A stretch of 40,068 nucleotides of DNA. Origin: a virus (taxonomy: Duplodnaviria; Heunggongvirae; Uroviricota; Caudoviricetes). Below the pieces are notes generated by a model. That model searched no databases, was not told the origin of the DNA, and saw only the letters and a program-made list of their open reading frames with translations. The position numbers and the translations under genes were made by a program. Below, in pieces: positions 37,473 through 40,068 of the stretch (within the stretch, counting starts at the first letter, position 1; each line of letters begins with the position of its first letter). The stretch lies in the IMG/VR virus record IMGVR_UViG_2778261349_000008, positions 1 through 40,068 of that record; one strand, written 5' to 3'.

Positions 37473-37666
37473 ATAGAAAGGTTTACTTATTGTAAATAAC
37501 AAATGTTTAACATTTCTTCTATCAGCTAATAATCAAAGGCATGAAGTCTATCATCCAAGTCTCAATCGATCGATGACTTGCTGTGGTTGATGAGACAAAA
37601 CTGATGCACACAAAGCTTTGCACTGGATTGCTAGACTTTGCGCTCTTCGATAATGGTTAAGGTGGA

Positions 37667-38824
37667 TCACTCCACCTTTTCATCAATCCAGTCCGCCCAC
37701 CACTGCATCATTTCTCTGCGCTTATCGAGATACTGAGCATGGTTGTAAATCCCGCGCACAGATCCGCCGTTGGCATGTGCCAGTTGCACTTCAATAGCGT
37801 CAGCAGGCCATTCGTGCTCGTTCATAATCGTGCTGAATTCATGCCTGAATCCGTGACCGCTTTCCAGACCCTCATAGCCGATTTGTTTGATCACAAGTAG
37901 CACCGCGTTCTCGCAGATTGGCTTCTTCTTATCGTTGCGTCCGGCAAAAACAAACTCTGATACTGGTTTAGTGATGGAGCTTAGCGTAGTGAGAAGTTCA
38001 ACCACCTGGTCCGACATCGGGACCACATGAATCTTGCGTCCCTTCATCACACTGGCGTCGATGGTGATAATCTTGTTTTCAAAATCGACGTTCTTCCATT
38101 GCATGGAACGAAGCTCTTTCGTTCTTAGGGCTGTGTAGCGTAAAACCTTGGTGGCAATGAGCGATACGATACTTCCTGAAAATGTTGCCAGTGCTTTGTT
38201 GAATTCCGGGATCTGGTCTGCAGGAAGAAACGGGAAGTTCTTCTTGCGGTATCCCTTCATGGCGTCAGCAAGGTCAGGTGCCGGGTTATATTTAGCCCTA
38301 CCAGTGACAATAGCGTAACGGAAAACCTCGCCGCATCTTCTGCGTGCTTTGTTGGCTCGCTCCATTGCGCCGCGATCTTCAAATCTGCGGATTACTTCCA
38401 GCAGTTGCATCGGCTCAATATCCTGAATTTCAAGGCCGCCGATGATAGGTAAAATGTCGTCATCAAACATTTTTGCAAGTTCATTCGCATACCCTACTGA
38501 CCAGACTTGCTTCTTGTGCTCGTACCATTCCTTGTAAATCGCACTAAAGGAATTGTTGTTAGACGAAGCCTTTTTCGCTTTTACCGGATCGATGCCAACC
38601 GAGATGTCTTTCCTCGCGGTCCATGCTTTATCTCTTGCCTCCTGCAAAGTCATTAGCGGATATTTTCCTACGGTCAGGATTTTCTCCTTACCGTCAATCT
38701 TGTAGCGAAGCTGCCATACCTTTTTACCTGACACAGGGACATAAAGGTACAGGCCATTACCATCGAGTAGGCGGTATGGTTTTTCTTTCGGCTTTGCTGC
38801 TTCAATCTGCTTAACGGTGAGCAT
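37667..38824 (-). CDS. intS: Tyrosine integrase, P4-type (KplE1/CPS-53 IntS-like)
   Basis: Matches my recollection of K-12 IntS from MLTVKQIEAAKPKEKPYRLLDGNGLYLYVPVSGKK...; C-terminal catalytic region with R...HxxR...Y; directly next to argW in the same orientation; the listed ORF start at 38860 is an upstream GTG. Confidence 0.85.
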   Translation of the reverse strand: MLTVKQIEAAKPKEKPYRLLDGNGLYLYVPVSGKKVWQLRYKIDGKEKILTVGKYPLMTLQEARDKAWTARKDISVGIDPVKAKKASSNNNSFSAIYKEWYEHKKQVWSVGYANELAKMFDDDILPIIGGLEIQDIEPMQLLEVIRRFEDRGAMERANKARRRCGEVFRYAIVTGRAKYNPAPDLADAMKGYRKKNFPFLPADQIPEFNKALATFSGSIVSLIATKVLRYTALRTKELRSMQWKNVDFENKIITIDASVMKGRKIHVVPMSDQVVELLTTLSSITKPVSEFVFAGRNDKKKPICENAVLLVIKQIGYEGLESGHGFRHEFSTIMNEHEWPADAIEVQLAHANGGSVRGIYNHAQYLDKRREMMQWWADWIDEKVE

Positions 38825-38985
38825 GGGTAAAAATCCGGTGGGTAAAATTATTTTATCCACTTTTTACCCGTCATGGAGTGCGGATGTCAACGATCTGACG
38901 CGAACCATTACGAACTGTGAATCTACGGAAGGCTTGATATTCAGGGGATTTTGCGGACTGGTACGGATGGGAGAGAACTGATAAA

Positions 38986-39000
38986 TGGTGTCCCCTGCAG
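38986..39000. repeat. attR core: 15-bp direct repeat (tggtgtcccctgcag), the 3' end of argW
   Basis: Identical to 1690-1704. Confidence 0.8.
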
Positions 39001-39060
39001 GAATCGAACCTGCAATTAGCCCTTAGGAGGGGCTCGTTATATCCATTTAACTAAGAGGAC
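38986..39060 (-). tRNA. argW: tRNA-Arg (anticodon CCU)
   Basis: Reverse complement reads GTCCTCTTAGTTAAATGGATATAACGAGCCCCTCCTAAGGGCTAATTGCAGGTTCGATTCCTGCAGGGGACACCA: 75 nt, cloverleaf with anticodon loop CTCCTAA and 3' CCA. Confidence 0.9.
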
Positions 39061-39135
39061 AATGCGGCATGAGTATACCCGCTAATGGACTGCGGGGTAA
39101 GTACGCTGCCGCTCGATTGCTTAAACCCTCGCCAT

Positions 39136-40068
39136 TTATGCTGGGTTTTTATCATTTTTCTTAATGTTTTCCGCACGTTCTGCTTTTTGGCGTGCTTCTG
39201 CTTTACGCTTGTTGCTCATGTCGTTACGAATCTGTGCATGACTCATTAACGCGAAGATAAAGGTGCCGCCGCAGATGTTCCCCGCTAAAGTAGGTAGTGC
39301 GAAGGGCCAGATGAAATCGCTCCAGTGCAGCGTGCCGTTAAACACCAGATAGAGGATTTCAACAGAACCGACAACGATGTGGGTGGTGTCACCCAGTGCA
39401 ATAAGCCAGGTCATCAATATAATCACCACAATCTTTGCCGCACCCGCAGCAGGAAACATCCAAACCATAGTGGCGATCAGCCAGCCGGAAATGATCGCGT
39501 TGGCAAACATCTCGCTGGGGGTGTTCTTCATCACATCCATGCCGATTTTGACAAATGCATCGCGAGTTTCTTCATTGAAGATAGGCATATATTCAAATGC
39601 CCATGCAGCAATACCTGTCCCGAGAATATTACCCAGCAGCACGACGCCCCATAATCGCATAAGTAAGCCGACGTTGCTCATTGTCGGTTTTTGCATGACG
39701 GGTAGTACCGCAGTCACGGTGTTTTCGGTAAATAATTGCTGGCGGGCCATAATGACGATAATAAAACCAAAGGTATAACCGAGATTCTCCAGTAAGAAGC
39801 TGCCTGGCACTCCTTCCAGTTCGACATGAAATATCCCTTTTGCCAGTAGCGAAGCGCCCATCGACAGACCCGCCGCAATGGCTGACCACAGTAGCGCCAT
39901 TGCGTCGCGTTCCAGCTCTTTTTCACCATCCTGGCGGATATGCTCATGAATTGCCATCGCCCGGGAGGGGAGTCGATCTTCATCTATTTCTATTTTTTTG
40001 CCGCGCTCTTTTTCTTCGCTCTCAACTTCAATTTCGTCGCTGTGTTGATCAATTTTGTCGTTGTCCAT
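39136..40068 (-). CDS. yfdC: Inner-membrane protein of the formate/nitrite transporter (FNT) family (host gene)
   Basis: 310-aa ORF with multiple transmembrane segments; in K-12 the gene next to argW is yfdC; the start codon sits at the window edge. Confidence 0.7.
   Translation of the reverse strand: MDNDKIDQHSDEIEVESEEKERGKKIEIDEDRLPSRAMAIHEHIRQDGEKELERDAMALLWSAIAAGLSMGASLLAKGIFHVELEGVPGSFLLENLGYTFGFIIVIMARQQLFTENTVTAVLPVMQKPTMSNVGLLMRLWGVVLLGNILGTGIAAWAFEYMPIFNEETRDAFVKIGMDVMKNTPSEMFANAIISGWLIATMVWMFPAAGAAKIVVIILMTWLIALGDTTHIVVGSVEILYLVFNGTLHWSDFIWPFALPTLAGNICGGTFIFALMSHAQIRNDMSNKRKAEARQKAERAENIKKNDKNPA

Noticed and set aside
38825-38860. Upstream GTG start of the integrase ORF
   Set aside because: The IntS-like protein as I recall it begins at the internal Met (MLTVKQIEAAKP); the 12-codon extension has no better RBS
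39325-39983. ORFs 39325-39654 (+), 39377-39778 (+), 39629-39889 (-) and 39714-39983 (-)
   Set aside because: They overlap the FNT-family membrane protein gene in other frames
1-40068. Search for IS elements, transposase genes or integrons
   Set aside because: No transposase-like ORF and no long terminal inverted repeats were seen; the only mobility genes are the phage integrase and excisionase

Overview
The window is an E. coli chromosomal segment carrying a complete-looking P22/Sf6-like prophage of about 37.3 kb, inserted at the 3' end of tRNA-Arg(CCU) argW. It is bounded by a 15-bp direct repeat (tggtgtcccctgcag) at about 1690-1704 (attL) and 38986-39000 (attR, the 3' end of argW). Host flanks are a LacY-family sucrose permease (cscB-like, 1-1248) on the left and argW plus an FNT-family membrane protein (yfdC-like) on the right. 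The integration module is KplE1/CPS-53-type: intS next to argW and a torI-like excisionase at attL. Reading leftward from the immunity region, the early-left operon runs from PL/OL and nutL through an N-like antiterminator, an AT-rich unknown gene, cIII, RecT with a Gp157-family partner, Ea22-like and DUF550/551 genes, to torI. The immunity region (c2, OR operators, cro, nutR, c1) is close to P22. Rightward follow an O-like replication gene with internal iterons, a DnaB-like helicase, a nin region (ninB, adenine methyltransferase, Zn-finger proteins, ninG, ninH, phosphatase), Q, two phage tRNA candidates, a lysis cassette (holin, lambda R-type endolysin, Rz/Rz1), rha, and a full P22-like morphogenesis block. 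That block is followed by an immI-like region (mnt with two AT-rich unknown cargo genes, arc, ant) and a chimeric tailspike. The strongest candidates for an undescribed system are the two AT-rich genes co-transcribed with mnt (32691-33810) and the AT-rich gene between N and cIII (6859-7329). All homology calls are from memory of protein families, not from searches. Coordinates for features not anchored to the ORF track were counted by hand and may be off by 1-2 bp; at one spot (about 4618-4623) my reading of the sequence disagreed with the ORF track by one base, so ORF-track coordinates were used as anchors.
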